DNA from: the human T2T-CHM13v2.0 reference genome, Homo sapiens
Direction: 5' to 3' (one strand)
Assembly (NCBI RefSeq): GCF_009914755.1
Contig: NC_060947.1
DNA: 64,000 nt
Part shown: piece after piece, positions 1 through 14,589 of the stretch
Layout of the letters: each line of letters starts with the position of its first letter
Position numbering within the stretch: the stretch's first letter is position 1
Translations under genes and position numbers: made by a program
The notes under the pieces: generated by a model
What the model saw: the letters and a program-made list of their open reading frames with translations, nothing else
The model's database searches: none
What the model was told of the DNA's origin: nothing

Positions 1-577
1 GTGAAGGTTTGGTATAAATTAAGTACCAAAATAAATGTCACATTAATAATAGGAATGATAACCAGCATTTATTGGCTTTTTTTCTATGTGCCAAATAAGG
101 AAAAGAACACACAGAAAGATTAGACAGTATCTGTGGTTGGTTTTTTTGGAAGCAGTGCTTGAAACAGGGATTCAGGTGGCAAAACCTGTATGAGAGGGAT
201 GATGGGAAAGAGCAGAGGAAGTATGTGGTCTCAGGTAAAGTTCAGCTTTGGTTTGATCCATGTGGCACTGGGGACAGCATAGGCTCTGCAGCATAAGTCA
301 AACTATAGAGTTATTTTGCCTCGTGACAAGAGGCCCACAAGGCTTTTGTAGCCCATTCACCCTAACTCTTGGTTAACTTGCCACCCTCAGAGGTGGAAGG
401 TTAACCTCCCAGGCATCTCTTGGTCAGATATACTTTATCAGCCAAGAGGATTCTCATGAGAAGTTTGAATGTGTAAGTCATTTATCCCAGCTCTCACAAG
501 GCTCAGGGACAGGGAAGCTGTCCTGTTAAGGGAAGCTGACTAGGATACTGCCAGTGTGCATTACAGGTAAAATTATC

Positions 578-961
578 TGTTGTGGGTTGAATTGTGTCCC
601 CCTCCACCCCCTATTATTCATGTTTTAGTCCTACCCCTAGTACCAAAATGTGACCCTATTTGGAGATAGGGTAATCACCGAGGTAATTTAGTTAAAATGA
701 GGTCACTAGAGTAGGCTCTAATGAAACACGGAAAAGCTTGAATTTGAATACAGACATGAAGACACGGGGAGAAGACAGCCATCTACATGCCAAGGAGAGA
801 GGACTGGAACAGGAACTCCCCTCCCAGCCCTCAGAAAGACCGACCCCACTGACATCTTGGTTTTGAACTTTTGGCTGCCAGAACTATGAGAAAATAAATT
901 TTTGTTGTTTAAGCCACCCAGTCCGTGGTACCTTGTATGGCAATCCTAGAAAACTAATATA
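578..961 (+). mobile_element. MaLR solo LTR, MLT1B-like
   Basis: Starts tgttgtgggttgaattgtgtccc, contains gtgaccctatttggagataggg and aataaatttttgttgtttaagccacccag, ends aaactaata. These are MLT1 LTR hallmarks. Confidence 0.8.
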
Positions 962-1689
962 TTGCCTGGCACTAAGTGGCAGAAATGAGGATTAGAACCC
1001 TTAGTGTGCTGAAATACTCATTCTGAGACAAAGAGAATCTGTATACTTAAAGCTGTATCCCAGTACACAGTAGAGAGGAGTCGAGGGGCAGGGACCTAAC
1101 AGTGATGCTTTAGTGAAAAACATCTGAACTGCAAGTCCTTCACAGCCTGACACAACACTGCTCTCAACCAAACACCAATCTTCCATCAGTCCCCACTCTT
1201 TCCATCATCCTCCAGTCCCTGCCTGGGGCTCTCAAGTCCCAGAGTATATTGGCCTCTGGCCTTCTCTCATTCAATCTCTTTTCTTCAGGAGCTTAGTTAG
1301 CCTAACATACTTTTTCCAGCCTCTTCTCTCCCTGCCTTCTGAGTTCATGCATATCCTGACCACTTGCAACTCTCTGATGTGCCATGGCCATCTGACTCCT
1401 GGGCTTTTACCCATACAAACGCTGTGGCTTACAGCAGTGCTCCCAGCTGCCCCTAATAGCAATGTCAAGTGCTGCAGAGCCCATTCATCTGTGATGGCCT
1501 GAAGCAACCACAGATCCAATGTTGTTTTCTGCCCAGTAACCTACACTTATCCTTTAAGACAAGTCAGAGGTCTTCTCTACTCTCTTTTTCTACAATGCCC
1601 CCAAGCAAAGTGAGTCTCTCCCATTTATATTTGTATTATGTAATTCTTTTCCCATGGCACATTGATACATCAATTCAGTCAGGTTTCAG

Positions 1690-1960
1690 ATTTACACAAA
1701 AGTCGGGTTCAAATATTAGATCTGCTATGTACATGTAATATATATATACGCATATATATATGTGTATATATATGCGTATATATATAAACTTTATATTTTT
1801 AATTTGGCAAGTTTCTTAACTCCTGTAAGCCTCAATTTTCTTGACTACAAAATTGGGATAATGAGAGTTGCCACCCTATATGGTTGACTGAGGAACGAAA
1901 TACGAGTAAAGTTTTAAAACAATACTTGGCACACAGGTAGTATTCAATAAATGGTTCCTA
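1690..1960 (+). mobile_element. MIR SINE interrupted by a (TA)n palindrome
   Basis: gggttcaaat...ggcaagtttcttaactc..gcctcaattttc..aaaattgggataat...ggcacacaggtagtattcaataaat matches the MIR core and tail. Confidence 0.65.
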
Positions 1961-2831
1961 ATATCATTATTACTTTTTAAGCTTAATTTTTGCATTCAAG
2001 ATGTATAAAATACCTGCTTCTTTTCTACATTTCTCTCTTCCACTGGGTGTTTAGGTTCCTGACAGCATGGAATCTGATTCTCTAGCAAAGCAAAGCACAG
2101 AATGCATATGCTAACCAGGTGACATAAATACCCAACATAGTGCTCCAAAGGTAATGTACAAACTGAAATATAAAAAAAGGCTTAGCTTTTATACCCACCT
2201 ACATGGAGAGAGAGAGACACTGACATTTTAAAGCCCAGAAACCTCTTCAATACTCTGGTACTCACATACAAAAAAATTGCAAATTAGAATATATCAAAAT
2301 AAAATGATGAAAATTAGTTTAAATTTTATTTTTCTGGATCATAATTGAATGCAATGATGAAAAGAACTCTAGACTCCTGATAATCATGCCAATGTACCGT
2401 TAACAATATTCTGTTTAGTCAGGAGGATACTGGGAACAGGTGTTACACATGAAAGCGCACAGTTAAACTCAAGTGCTATGATTTTTGTGGCTGACAACAT
2501 ACCTCTTAAGCCTTGTTCAAAACTAAGAGTAACCACAACAAGGGTTTGTAGAATTCACATCTGCTATCACTAATGGTTTCTTTAAAGCTGTGGCAAAACC
2601 CACCCATTTAGTACAAAACAATTTTGCAAAGTGTATATATGATGTATTAAGTACAGAAGAATAAAATTAAATAAGCCCCAAGCCAAAAAAAGAAATATTT
2701 CCTATCTAATACATGTACACAGTAGGTGGAGACTTTAATAATGCTCAAAAAATTTAAAAATGCATTTACAGATTGTTAGATCTAGAATTGGTCCTTGTGT
2801 TTTTTTCATTACATTTTTTTCTACCTCCTAG

Positions 2832-3282
<451 letters not shown>

Positions 3283-3559
3283 CAGTGGACAATTAATCAT
3301 TTAAATAATTCATCTTCTCAAATGATTCATCATTTTGACCAAGTTCTTCCCTAATAATTCATTTTTAAACCATATAATTTCAGAAAATTCAGCTAGAATA
3401 TCTGACTTCTACTGTTACTGCTGTGAAAACAAAACAAAACTTGCAACCTCTGTCTTTGTCACAGTGATGCCTCCATGTTTTGATCAAGCTTTTCCACGAC
3501 TATCCCTAAAAGTCAATCACCACTCACATACCTTGCAGGGTCCTACATTTTACAGCTGG

Positions 3560-4950
3560 ACATAAAACAATTCTTAGCAAATTAAAAGAAACTGAAATCA
3601 TACCAACTACATTCCTGGACCGCAGTTCAATAAATACGGAAGTCAATACTAAGGAGAGTTCTCAAAACCACACAATTTTATGGAAATTTAAAAACCTGCT
3701 CCTGAATGACTTTTGGGTAGACAATTAAATAGAGGCAGAAATCAAGAAATTCTTTGAAACTAATGAAAACAATGATACAATATACCAGAATCTCTGGGAC
3801 ACAACTAAAGCAGTGTTAAGACAAAAGTATGTAGTGCTAAAGGCACACATCAGGAAGTTAGAAAGATCTCAAATTAACAACCTAATATCACACCTAGAGG
3901 AACTAGAAAAACAAGGGTAAAACAACCTCAAAACTAACAGAAGAAAAGAGCCAAAATCAGAGCTAGACAAAACAAAATTGAGACATGAGAAATCATACAA
4001 AAGATCAACAAAACCAAAAGTCAGTTATTTGAAAGAATAAATAAGATGGATATACTGCTAGCTAGACCAAAAGAAGAGAAAAGAAACAAATAAACACACT
4101 TAGAAATGACAGAGGGGACATTACCACCAGTTGCACAGAAATATAAAAATCCTTCAGATACTATTACAAACACTCTATGCACAAAAAGTAGAAAACTTGG
4201 AAGACATGGATAAATACCTGGAAACATACACCGCCCCCTGAAAGATTGCAAAAGGAAGAAATCGAAACCCTGAATGGAAGAATAATGAGATCTAAAATTA
4301 AGTAATAAAAAGCCCACCAACCAGAAAAAGCCCTGGACCAGGTGGATTCACAGCCAAAATGTAGCAGATGTATAAAAGGAGCTGGTACCAATCCTACTAA
4401 AACTATTGCAAAAAAAAAATTAAGGAGGATGGGACTCCTCCCTAACTCATTCTATGAGGCCAGCATCATCCTGATACTAATACCTGAAAGAGACACCACA
4501 AAACGAAAAACTTTAGGCGAATATTCCTGATGAACATAAATTCAAAAATCCTCAACAAAATACTAGCAAGCAAAATTCAACAGCAGATCCAAAAGCTAAT
4601 CCACCATGATCAAGTAGATAAAATGGTAAGAGCCATCAATGACACCCACAGTCAACATCATACTGATTTGGCAAAAGCTAGAAGCAATCCCCTTGAAACC
4701 CAGAACAGGACAAGGATACCCACTATCACCACTCCTATTCAACTTAGTACTGGAATTCATCACCAATGCAATCAGGCAGGAGAAAAAAATAAAAGGCATC
4801 CCAATAGGAAGAGAAGAAGTCATACTATCTCTCCTCATAATGATATCATTTTATATCTGAAAAACCCCATAGTCTCTTCCCAAAGGCTTCTAGATATGAT
4901 AACTTCAGCAAAGGTTCAAGACTCAAAATCATTGTACAAAAATCAGTACA
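3560..4950 (+). mobile_element. L1 ORF2 fragment, degenerate, with an internal deletion near 4620
   Basis: ORF remnants [27 protein letters not shown] and [14 protein letters not shown] are L1 ORF2 sequence. Confidence 0.85.
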
Positions 4951-4974
4951 TTGATTCAACGTGAGGCTTAATGT

Positions 4975-5340
4975 AAGACTTAAACGTAAGGCCTAAAACC
5001 GTAAAAACCCTAGAAGAAAACCTAGGCAATACCATTCAGGACATAGGCATGGGCAAAGACTTCATGACTAAAATACCAAAAGCAATGGCAACAAAAGCAA
5101 AAATGGACAAATGGGATCTAATTAAACTAAAGAAAAGCAATATTAAGAGGAATGTATATAGCAATAAACACCTATATAAAAAAAATAAAGATTTCAAATT
5201 TAAAAAGTAATGATACACCCCCCCAAAAAAAACAGAAAAGCAAGAATAAACCACACCCAAAATTTAAAAAGGGAAAGAAAATATAAAGATCAGAGTAGAA
5301 ATAAATGAAATGCAGACAGAAAAATACAAAATATTTATTA
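4975..5340 (+). mobile_element. Two adjacent L1 ORF2 fragments (L1PA-like ~4975-5135; older L1M-like ~5136-5340)
   Basis: aaaaccctagaagaaaacctaggcaataccattcaggacataggcatgggcaaagac, followed abruptly by a more 5' ORF2 segment. Confidence 0.7.
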
Positions 5341-6580
5341 AAAACTGAAAACTAAAACTGGACCCCTTCCTTACGCCTTATACAAAAAGTAACTGAAAAT
5401 GGATTAAAGACTTAAACATAAAACTCCAAACTCTGGAAAAAAAAAACCGTAGAAGAAAATCTAGGCAATACCATTTAGGACATAGGCATGGGCAATGATT
5501 TCATGACAAAAATGCCAAAAGCAATTGCAACAAAAGCAAAAATTGACTAATGGGATCTAATTAAACTAAATAGTTTCTGCACAGCAAGAAAAACTATCAT
5601 CTAAGTGAATAGACAACCTACAGAATGGGAGAAAATTTTTGCCATCTATCCATCTGACAAAAGTCTAATATCCAGAGTCTATAAGGAACTTAAACAAATT
5701 TACAAGAAAAAAACAAACAACTCCATTAAAAGTGGGCAAAGGACATGAACAGACACTTCTCAAAAGAAGACATTCATGTGGCCAACAGACATATGAAAAT
5801 AACTCAACATAACTGATCATTAGAAAACTGCAAATCAAAACCACACTGAGATACCCTCTAACACCAATCAGAACCGCAATTATTAAAAAGTCAAGAAACA
5901 ACAGATGCTGGCGAGGTTGCGGAGAAAAAGGAACACTTTTACACTTTTGTGAGAGTGTAAATTAGTTGAACCATTGTGAAAGACAGTGTGGAGATTCCTC
6001 AAAGATCTAGAAGCAGAAATACCATTTGATCCAGCAATCTCATTATTGGGTATATACCCAAAGGAACACAAAGCATTCTATTTTAAAGATCACGTATGTG
6101 TTCTGTTCACTGAAGCACTATTCACAATAACAAAGACATGGAATCAACCCAAATGTCCATCAATAATAGACTGTATAAAGAAAATGTAGTACATATACAC
6201 CATGGAATACTATGTAGCCATAAAAACAAATGAGAACATGCCTTTTTCAGGGACATGAATGGACCTGGAAGCTGTTATCCTCAGGAAACTAATGCAGGAA
6301 CAGAAAACCAGACATCGCATGTTCTTAACTTATAAGTGGGAGCTGAATGATAAGAACACATGGTGGGGAACACACACTGGGGTCTGTTGGGGGAATGCAG
6401 GGGGAGGGAGAGCATCAGGAAAAATAGCTAATGGATGCTAGGCTTAATACCTAGGTGATGGTTGATCTGTACAACAAACCACCATGGCACACTTTTACCT
6501 ATGTAACAAACCTGCATATCCTTCACATGTACCCTGGAACTTAAAATAAAAATTGAAGAAAAAAAAAAGAAAAAAGAAAC
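5341..6580 (+). mobile_element. 5'-truncated L1 (about L1PA14-16): ORF2 C-terminus, 3'UTR and poly(A)
   Basis: ORF2 end [33 protein letters not shown]; 3'UTR gagagcatcagga..atgtaacaaacctgca; A tail at ~6559. Confidence 0.85.
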
Positions 6581-7368
6581 AAAATTTATACCAACAGTGA
6601 ACAATTTGAAAAAGAAATCAAGAAAGCAATCCCATTTACAATAGCTACAAAAAATTACCCAGAAATAAATTTAACCAAAGAGATGAAAGATCTGTATAAG
6701 AAAACTATAAAATATTGATTACAAAAATGAAAAGGATGCAAAAATATAGGACAGCCCATGTTCATAGATTGGAAGAATTCATATTGCTAGAATAAGCATA
6801 TCACCCAAAATGATCTATGGATTCAAAGCAATCTTTATCAAAATACCAATGGCATTCTTCACAGAAATAGAAAATAAAGTCCTAAAATTTGTATGGGACC
6901 ATGAATGACCCTGAATAGCCAAAACGGTCTTGAGCAAAAAGAACAAAACTGGACACATAAACCACTATTTAACTTCAAAATCTACTACAAAGCTATAGTA
7001 CCCCAAATAGCATACTACTTGTATTAAAAACAGTTACATAAACCTATGGAACAGAGTATCGAACCCAGAAACAAATCTACATATTTACAGCTATCAGATT
7101 TCAGACAATGGCACCAAGAACATTCGTTAGGTAAAGGACAATCTCTTCAATAAATGGTACTGGAAAAACTGGATATCCACACACAGAAGAATGAAGCTAG
7201 ACCTCTGTCTCTTACCATATATAAAAATAAACTCAAAATGGAATAAAGATGTAAAGGTAAGACCTGAAATTATGAAACTACTGGAAGACAACATGGGGAA
7301 ATGCTTCAAGACATTGGTCTAGGCAAAGTTTTTATGAATACAACATCAAAAGCACAGGCAACAAAAGA
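6581..7368 (+). mobile_element. L1M ORF2 fragment
   Basis: aaagcaatcccatttacaatagctac, ccatgttcatagattggaagaa and ctcttcaataaatggtactggaaaaactgg are ORF2 segments. Confidence 0.8.
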
Positions 7369-7950
7369 CTTTATTTCTTTAGGTTATACATCCAGTAGTG
7401 GAATTGTTGGATAATGTGATAGTGCTATTTTAATATTTTGTGGAAATTTGGTACTATTTTCCACAATAGCTGTACTAATTTACATTTCCACCAACAGTGT
7501 GCAAGGGTTCCCTTTTATGCACATCTTAACTGACATATTTAATCTTTTATCTTTTTGATAATAGCCATTGTAATAGGTATGGGGTGATTCAGTGAATTTG
7601 AGCTTTTTTTTTTTTTTTTTTTTTTTTGAGATGGAGTCTCACTCTGTTGCCCAGGCTACAGTGCAGTGGCGCATCTCGGCTCACTGCAAGCTCCTTCTCC
7701 CGGGTTCACACCATTCTCCTGCCACAGCCTCCGGAGTAGGTGGGACTACAGGCACCCACCACCATGCCCAGCTAATTTTCTGTATTTTTTGTAGAGATGG
7801 GGTTTCACCGTGTGAGCCAGGATGGTCTTGATCTCCTGACCGCGTGATCCGCCCACCTCGGCCTTCTTAAGTGCTGGGATTACAGGCGTGACCGACCGCG
7901 CCCGGCCGAGCATTTTTTTTTTTAATATACCTCTGGCCATTTGTGATTTG
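7369..7950 (-). mobile_element. Minus-strand L1 ORF2 3' fragment, interrupted by an Alu
   Basis: gtactaatttacatttccaccaacagtgtgcaagggttccc is the reverse complement of ORF2 C-terminal sequence. Confidence 0.7.
7604..7907 (-). mobile_element. AluY-like
   Basis: Long poly-T; diagnostic ctgcaagctcc..gggttcacaccattctcc and agccaggatggtcttgatctcc; flanked by gagc(a)tttt on both sides. Confidence 0.9.
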
Positions 7951-8089
7951 TACACATTACATGAATGAACTCTATGTTTTGTGAGTTATGTTTCTATAAA
8001 GTTGTTACTAAAAAGGAAAAAAAGAAAAACGCAGCATTCCCTCCTGGAGATAAGACCAGATCCTTTCTTATCTTCTTTTTTCCAAGTGC

Positions 8090-8365
8090 TTTATTAATTT
8101 ATTTTTCTAATTTAATTTTTCATTTATAAAGGACATATAATAATGTACATATTTGTAGGGTACAGTGTGATGTTTTGATGCATGTATACATAGTATAGTA
8201 ATGAAATGGGGTAATTAATATATCAATCACTGTAAGCATTTATCATTTCTTTGTGGTAAGATTGTTCAAATTCTTCTCTTCTAGCTATCTTGAAATCTAC
8301 GTGACATTGTTATTTGCCATAGTCACCTACTATGTAATAGAGCACTAGAAATTATTGTTCCTGTT
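8090..8365 (-). mobile_element. L1MA 3' end fragment
   Basis: atgtacatatttgtagggtacagtgtgatgttttgatgcatgtatacat...catttatcatttctttgtg matches an L1MA 3'UTR in reverse. Confidence 0.7.
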
Positions 8366-10174
8366 TCATGGTTATGCCTATTTTATCATGGCTTATTTTT
8401 CATTCTCCAGCACCTTTTGGATTTAAGGACTACATGTGGTTCTTTTATGCCCCATTTCTCCATGATGCAATGACGTTTTGCCACACAAAAAACTCATGTT
8501 ATTAAAAAAAAGAATGCATTTTAGCAGGGCATATCTTGATGAAAACAGATCCTTCATATTAACATGATTCCTATAATCTCTTGCAAGGCTGTTTTCTGCC
8601 TTTGAGGACCTTTCATAAGCAGAGGTGACAATTCCCCACAGTGGCTGCTTTGGCCATACATTTAAAAATGTCATATGTACAAATAAAGAGGGGAGGGGTT
8701 GCTTCATATATACAAATGTGAGTTTCAGCTGCAGCTTAGCCCACACAATGGCTACTGCTGTCAGTGGTGGCTGGCCACCATATTGGTATGCAGGAGCACT
8801 TGATGCTAACATAGTATAGTGTAGAGCATGCTGATTCTGGCCTAGTGAAAGCAAAAGGGACATTAATTCTCTTTATATGGATATTTTTATTTAAGATGGA
8901 TCACTATATAGAACATGCTTTCCCTCAAAGATTCTAAAATCTTTAATGTATGATGAATTTTATATAATCTATTGTGTCTATAGATCATGAATTAGAAAGT
9001 AACATTTTTATACGCCTGGCTAGACAAATGAATGAAGAGAAAACTGATATAAAAAATATCACAATAAATTTTCTGCGAGCACTGATATAAATTGCATTTG
9101 GTTATGTTTTTCTGATTGCATTGTCACATCTGAAATTTCTCAGCAGATATGCCTGCACTTCCACGTGAAAAGGCAAATCCAATTGATTGTCTAAAATACC
9201 TTAATGTTTAATTCAATTGTTATTTAAAATGAGCAGAGATAGAAGGAATAGGATTGAAAATAGACATGTTCATGTCATCTCTCCAGGGCACTCATTTTTC
9301 TGAATTCTCTTCGTAATATATTAAATACTAAAATGACTTTTTGCATTTACATTACTGGTAAAATCTTATCTTCTCCGATTCAGTGGAGTCATGTATAACG
9401 TTTAGCTTATTCTTGATTTTTAGCTATTAGGAAGTGTGTAAGATAGTAATATAAACTGAAAAAAATAACCTAGTCCTCATATAAGATTTTTTTTTAAAAA
9501 AAGAGCCCTTAAATGCACATATTTCGTTTGCTTCTGAGAGCCATATCAAAGAGTCACGAGCGTTGGGACCTGACCGAGCTCAGGGACAAACTATCTTATG
9601 AATCAATGGTCATTTAGCAAAGGGATTTCAAGGTTCCTTCTTTATCTGCTGAAGCTACGGGATTCATGGACAGTACTTTATGGCCAAGTAAGCTCATAAG
9701 ATTGTGTGTTTACATCACTTTGGGAATTAAAGCACATCATGGTAGGCCCTACACAGCAGAAATTAACATGATACAGATCATCACCCCTCCTCCTATGCAA
9801 TCCAGTGAGAATAAAACCAATGTGGTATGTAAAATCACAGCACAAGATACAGTTAAACACTACCACAGAAGTATAAGGAAAATACTGACTACTGTAACTG
9901 CTTACCAGAATACAGAAACTGAATGAATGTGATAATTCTTCTTGTTGTTTTTCTTGTTAAGTGTTTATTATTTTCCTATCTCCGAGATTGGGAGTACCCC
10001 AAACCGGAATTTCCTGTCAGTTGGAAACACTGTGATACACGAGCGGCAGGATATTTTTTAATGTGACTAGAGCAGCAAACACCCAGGAGCCATCCCTGTA
10101 TATGAGAAGTAATAGTAAAAGGGATTTCAAATCTAAACATGCAAAGCAAAACTCACAGAGTAGGAGCACCATAG

Positions 10175-10415
10175 AGATTTTGATGAAGGGCAAAGACTAG
10201 AGTCAGACTTCTTGAATTTAATTCCTGGTTTTTCCTTACTAGCTAAATGACCTCGGGCAAGTTAATGAACCTTTCTCTGCCTCCCTTTTACTATCTGTAA
10301 AATGGGGGACATAGTAGCACTTATTAGAATTAAGTGAATTAATCCGGGGAAAGTAATTTTTAAAATATTTAGCACATACTAAACACTCAATAATCTCAGC
10401 TATTATCATTACTAA
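10175..10415 (+). mobile_element. MIR SINE
   Basis: gactagagtcagac..gacctcgggcaagttaatgaacctttctctgcctc..atctgtaaaatgggga..aaacactcaataa. Confidence 0.75.
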
Positions 10416-10505
10416 CGTTAAAGACATAGACTATCATATTTTAATGCATAACCACTCAAATGTCTATATCCAGTCAAAAGATTACCTTAAAGAAACACTT
10501 GTTCT

Positions 10506-13500
10506 GGACTACTAGTTCCAAAATGGCTGCATAGTAACAAGCTGGCTTCACTCCCCACCATCAGCAGAAAACCAAAACCAAATATACAGAACTGAGGTTA
10601 TTGCCAGCAGTATCTCAGAACTCAAACGTCAGGAAGAGACAGTTTCTAGGGCAACAGAGAAATGAAAAAAAACTCAGAGACGTTGCCAAGAGAATCAGAC
10701 TTCCACATTCATGATGCCCCTCCCCTCATTCTGCCTGGCACCAAGCATGCGGAAAATTTTCCAACTCATACTTTCTATGCTAGAAAAATGAGGTTGAAGT
10801 GGACAACCAGCTTCTCTACCATTCTGGGTTCCCCGGAAGGGGACCTGTCCTTGCTTTCATCCATGCGAGGCATCAAGAGTGACTGAAAGGAGTAATATCC
10901 CTGAAGAAAGGCAGAAACAAATGGAGAGTCAGGACTATTATCCCCAACCCTATGAACACTGTTCTGTAACTCAGGCAAAGGAGACACCAAATCAAAGTGG
11001 CTGTTCAGCAGCAGCATGCTATAGGAGATGTGTTCCACAGGTCTCCTGGGAGTGAACCCTTAGCCAGCCTTCCCACACTGCCAGGACATTTCCTTTGGGA
11101 CCTCCCCCATTTAGGATGGGCAGCACTCTGATCATTTACCAGAGCTGAGACAAACCTGGGATAAGCAGATATATCCAATAAGCCCTCAAAAAGTAAGTCT
11201 GAGAAGACTGGAATGTATAACTAATCCTTCAATGCAAAGATATAGATGTACATCCACAAGAAAAACAGCAGAGAACCATGATGTCGCCAAATAGACAAAG
11301 CAAGGAACCAATGAATTACCCAAATGAGGCATGGTACCTGAGCTCTGTGACCAATAATTCAAAATAGCAGTTTTAAAGAAACTTAGTGATCTCCAACATC
11401 ACACAGAAACACAATTCAGAAATTTATCAAAGAAATTTAACAAAGAGTTTGAAATAATTTTTAAAAATCAGACAGAAATCTTGGAACTAAGAATTATATT
11501 TGCTGACCTAAAAAATTCATTGGATTCTCTCAAAAACAGACAGGATGAAACAGAGGTAACAACTAGTGAACTATTTGAAATAACATAGTCAGAGGAAAAA
11601 AAAATGAAAAGGAAAGAAGGTTGCGTACAAGATATAGAAAGTTACCTCAAAAGGCCAAACCTAAGAATTATTGATGTTCAAGAGGGAGTTGAGCAAGAGC
11701 AAGTGGTAGAAAGCTTATTCGATGAAATAATTGCAGAAAACCTTTCAAAACTAGAGAAAGATATAAATATTTAGGTACAGAAATATCAGAGACCACCAAA
11801 CAGATTCAACCAGAATAAGACTACCTGAAGGCATATAATCACCACACTCTCAGATGTCAAAGACCAAAAGAGAGCATCCTACAAGCATAAAGAGAAAATA
11901 AGTGATTAACAAATAAAGGAGCTCCTATTCATCTGGCAACAGACTTCTCAATGGAAACCATGTTGGCTATGGATGGAGAAAAATGACACTTTCAAATTGC
12001 TAAACAAAAAAAACACTGACATTCAAGAATAATTTATCCAGCAAAGCTATCCCACAAATATGAAGGAGAAATAAATTTTTTTCTAGACAAATAAAAACTA
12101 ACAGACTTTATCACCACTAGAGCCATCTTCCAAGAAATTCTAAAGGGAGTTCCACAATCTGAAAGGAAAAAAAAAACACTAATGTACAAAAAGAAAACAT
12201 TTGAAGGTATAAAACCCACAAGTAAAATTACATACAAAGACAGTCCCAGAATATTCTAATACTGTAATTGTAGTGTGCAATCCACTTACAACTCTGGTAT
12301 TAAGCCAAAAAGATAAACATATTGAAAACAATAATAGTTACACTAGCCTATTAAGAGATAGGCAATATAAAAATATGTAAATTAAGACAACCAAAAGTCA
12401 CAATGCCGGCATGGATGGAGTTAAAATGTAGAAATATTTTTAGTTCTTTCTCTTTTGTTTTCTTTTTTCTGATCTAAAATAAGGTGTCATCTCTTTAAAT
12501 TAACTTGTCATTTGAATAAGGTGTTTTCATCAAGCTTCATGGTAATCACAATTCAAAACCTATAATAAATACACTAAAAATGAAAAGCAATGAATTAAGA
12601 CATGTCACCAAGGAAAATCACTTCATCATAAAGAATGACAGCAAGAAAGAAAGGAGAGAAGTTTCAAAACAAACAGAAAACAAGCAACAAAATACCAGTA
12701 GTAATAAGCCCTTTTTAAAAATCAATATTAACACTGAATGTAAATAGGCTCCATTCTCTGACTGAGAGTGGCCAAATGGATAAAGAAACATGACCCAACT
12801 ATATGCCACCTACGAGGTACCCACCTCAACTACAAATATATGCATAGACTGAAAGTGAAGGAAAAATATAGTTCATGCAAGTGGAAACCAGAAAAGAGCA
12901 AAAAGAGTTATATCTGATAAAAGAGAATACTAGTCAAAGCCTGTAAAAACAAAAAAAGACAGAAACCATTACTATATGATAAAAGGATCAATTCAGCAAG
13001 AGGATATACAAATTATAAATATTCACCCAACACTGGAGCACCTAAGTATATAAAACAAACATTAATAGATCCAAAGAAAGACATAGATGACAATAATATA
13101 ATAGTAGATTTCAATGCTCCAATCTCAGTAATAGACAGATCATCTAGACAGAAAATCAACAAAGAAACATCAGAGTTAAACTGCACGCTACAACAAATAG
13201 CTTTAACTAACATTTTTAGAACATTTTACCCAACCACCGCAAAATACACATTCTTTTAGTAGAAGATAAAATATTCTCCAGAATAGACCATACTTTAAGA
13301 CACAAAACAGGTTTCAACAAATTGTGAAATAAAACCAAACACAATTAATAGAAAGAAAGAAATAATAAAGATTGGAGTAGAGCAGAAATTTTAAAAATTG
13401 AGAATTAAAAAATACAGGAAAATGAAACGAAAAGTTGATTCTTGAAAAGGTGAACAAAATGGACAAACCTTTACCTAGACAAAGAAGAAAGAAGACCCAA

Positions 13501-14495
13501 ATAAATAAAACCAGAAATGAAAAAGGAGACTTAACAACAGTGACCACAGAAATACAAAGAATTGTTATAGACTACTACAAACAACTATATGCCAACATAT
13601 CAGAAAACCTGAAAAAAATTGGGTAAATTCCTGGACACATACAAAATACCAAGATTGAACCATGAAGAAATAGGAAACCTCAACAAATTAATAACAGGTA
13701 ATGAGATCAAAGACATAACAAAAAGTGTCTCATTGAAGAAAAGCCTGAGACCCAATGGTTTTGCTGCTCAATAATATTAAATATTTAAACAATAACTAAT
13801 ACCAATTCTACTTAAACTCCTCAAAAATATTGAGATGGGAATTCCTCCAAACTCATTCTATGCTACCAGCATTATACTGATACCAAAACTAGGCAATGAC
13901 ACAACAAAAAAAGAATACTGGCCGATATCCCTGATGAAGACAGATGCAAAAATCCTCAGGAAAATACTAGCAAAGATGATTCAACAACAATTCTTAAATG
14001 TTCATTCATCAAGGTCAAGTGGAATTTATCCCAGTATACAAGCATGGTTCAAGATATGCAATTCAAAAAACATGAGACATCACATTAAGAAAAATAAGAG
14101 CAAAAACCATATAATCATTTTAACAGATGTTAAAAACCCTAATCAAACTGGGTATAGAAGGAAAATACAACAAAATAGAGGCCATATATGACAGACCCAC
14201 AGCCAACATTATACTGAAAAGAGAAGAAATGAAAGCCTTTCCTGCATAATCTGAAGCATGACAGGGATGTCTACTTTCACAACATTTATTCAACATAATA
14301 CTGGAAGTCCTGGCCAGAGTAATTAGGCAAGAAAAGGAAATACAAGGCATACAAATGGGAAGGGGAGAAGTCAAGTTAGCCTCGTATGCAGACAACATGA
14401 TCTCATATTTAGAAAAACCTAAACGCTCCACCACAAAGCTATTAGAGCTAATAAATGAATGCAGTAAATTTGCAGGATTCAAAACCAACATACAG
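10506..14495 (+). mobile_element. Old L1MA-type element: 5'UTR, ORF1, spacer and part of ORF2
   Basis: 5' end ttccaaaatggctgcatag; ORF1 remnant YPAKLSHKYEGEI; ORF2 remnants KTQINKTRNEKGDLTT and PNSFYATSIILIPK. Confidence 0.8.
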
Positions 14496-14589
14496 TTCAT
14501 CAACACAGAGGGCCAAGATAGCTGACTAGAAGCAGCTAGTGTGTGCCACTCTCATGGACAGAAGAATGAGTATTGAAAAATAATAGGTC

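Noticed and set aside
8423-8863. 146-aa minus-strand ORF in non-repeat DNA
   Set aside because: No recognisable domain, codon pattern or exon structure; compatible with chance.
9666-9926. 86-aa ORF with a donor-like caa|gtaagc near 9687
   Set aside because: No homology and no matching acceptor or partner exon.
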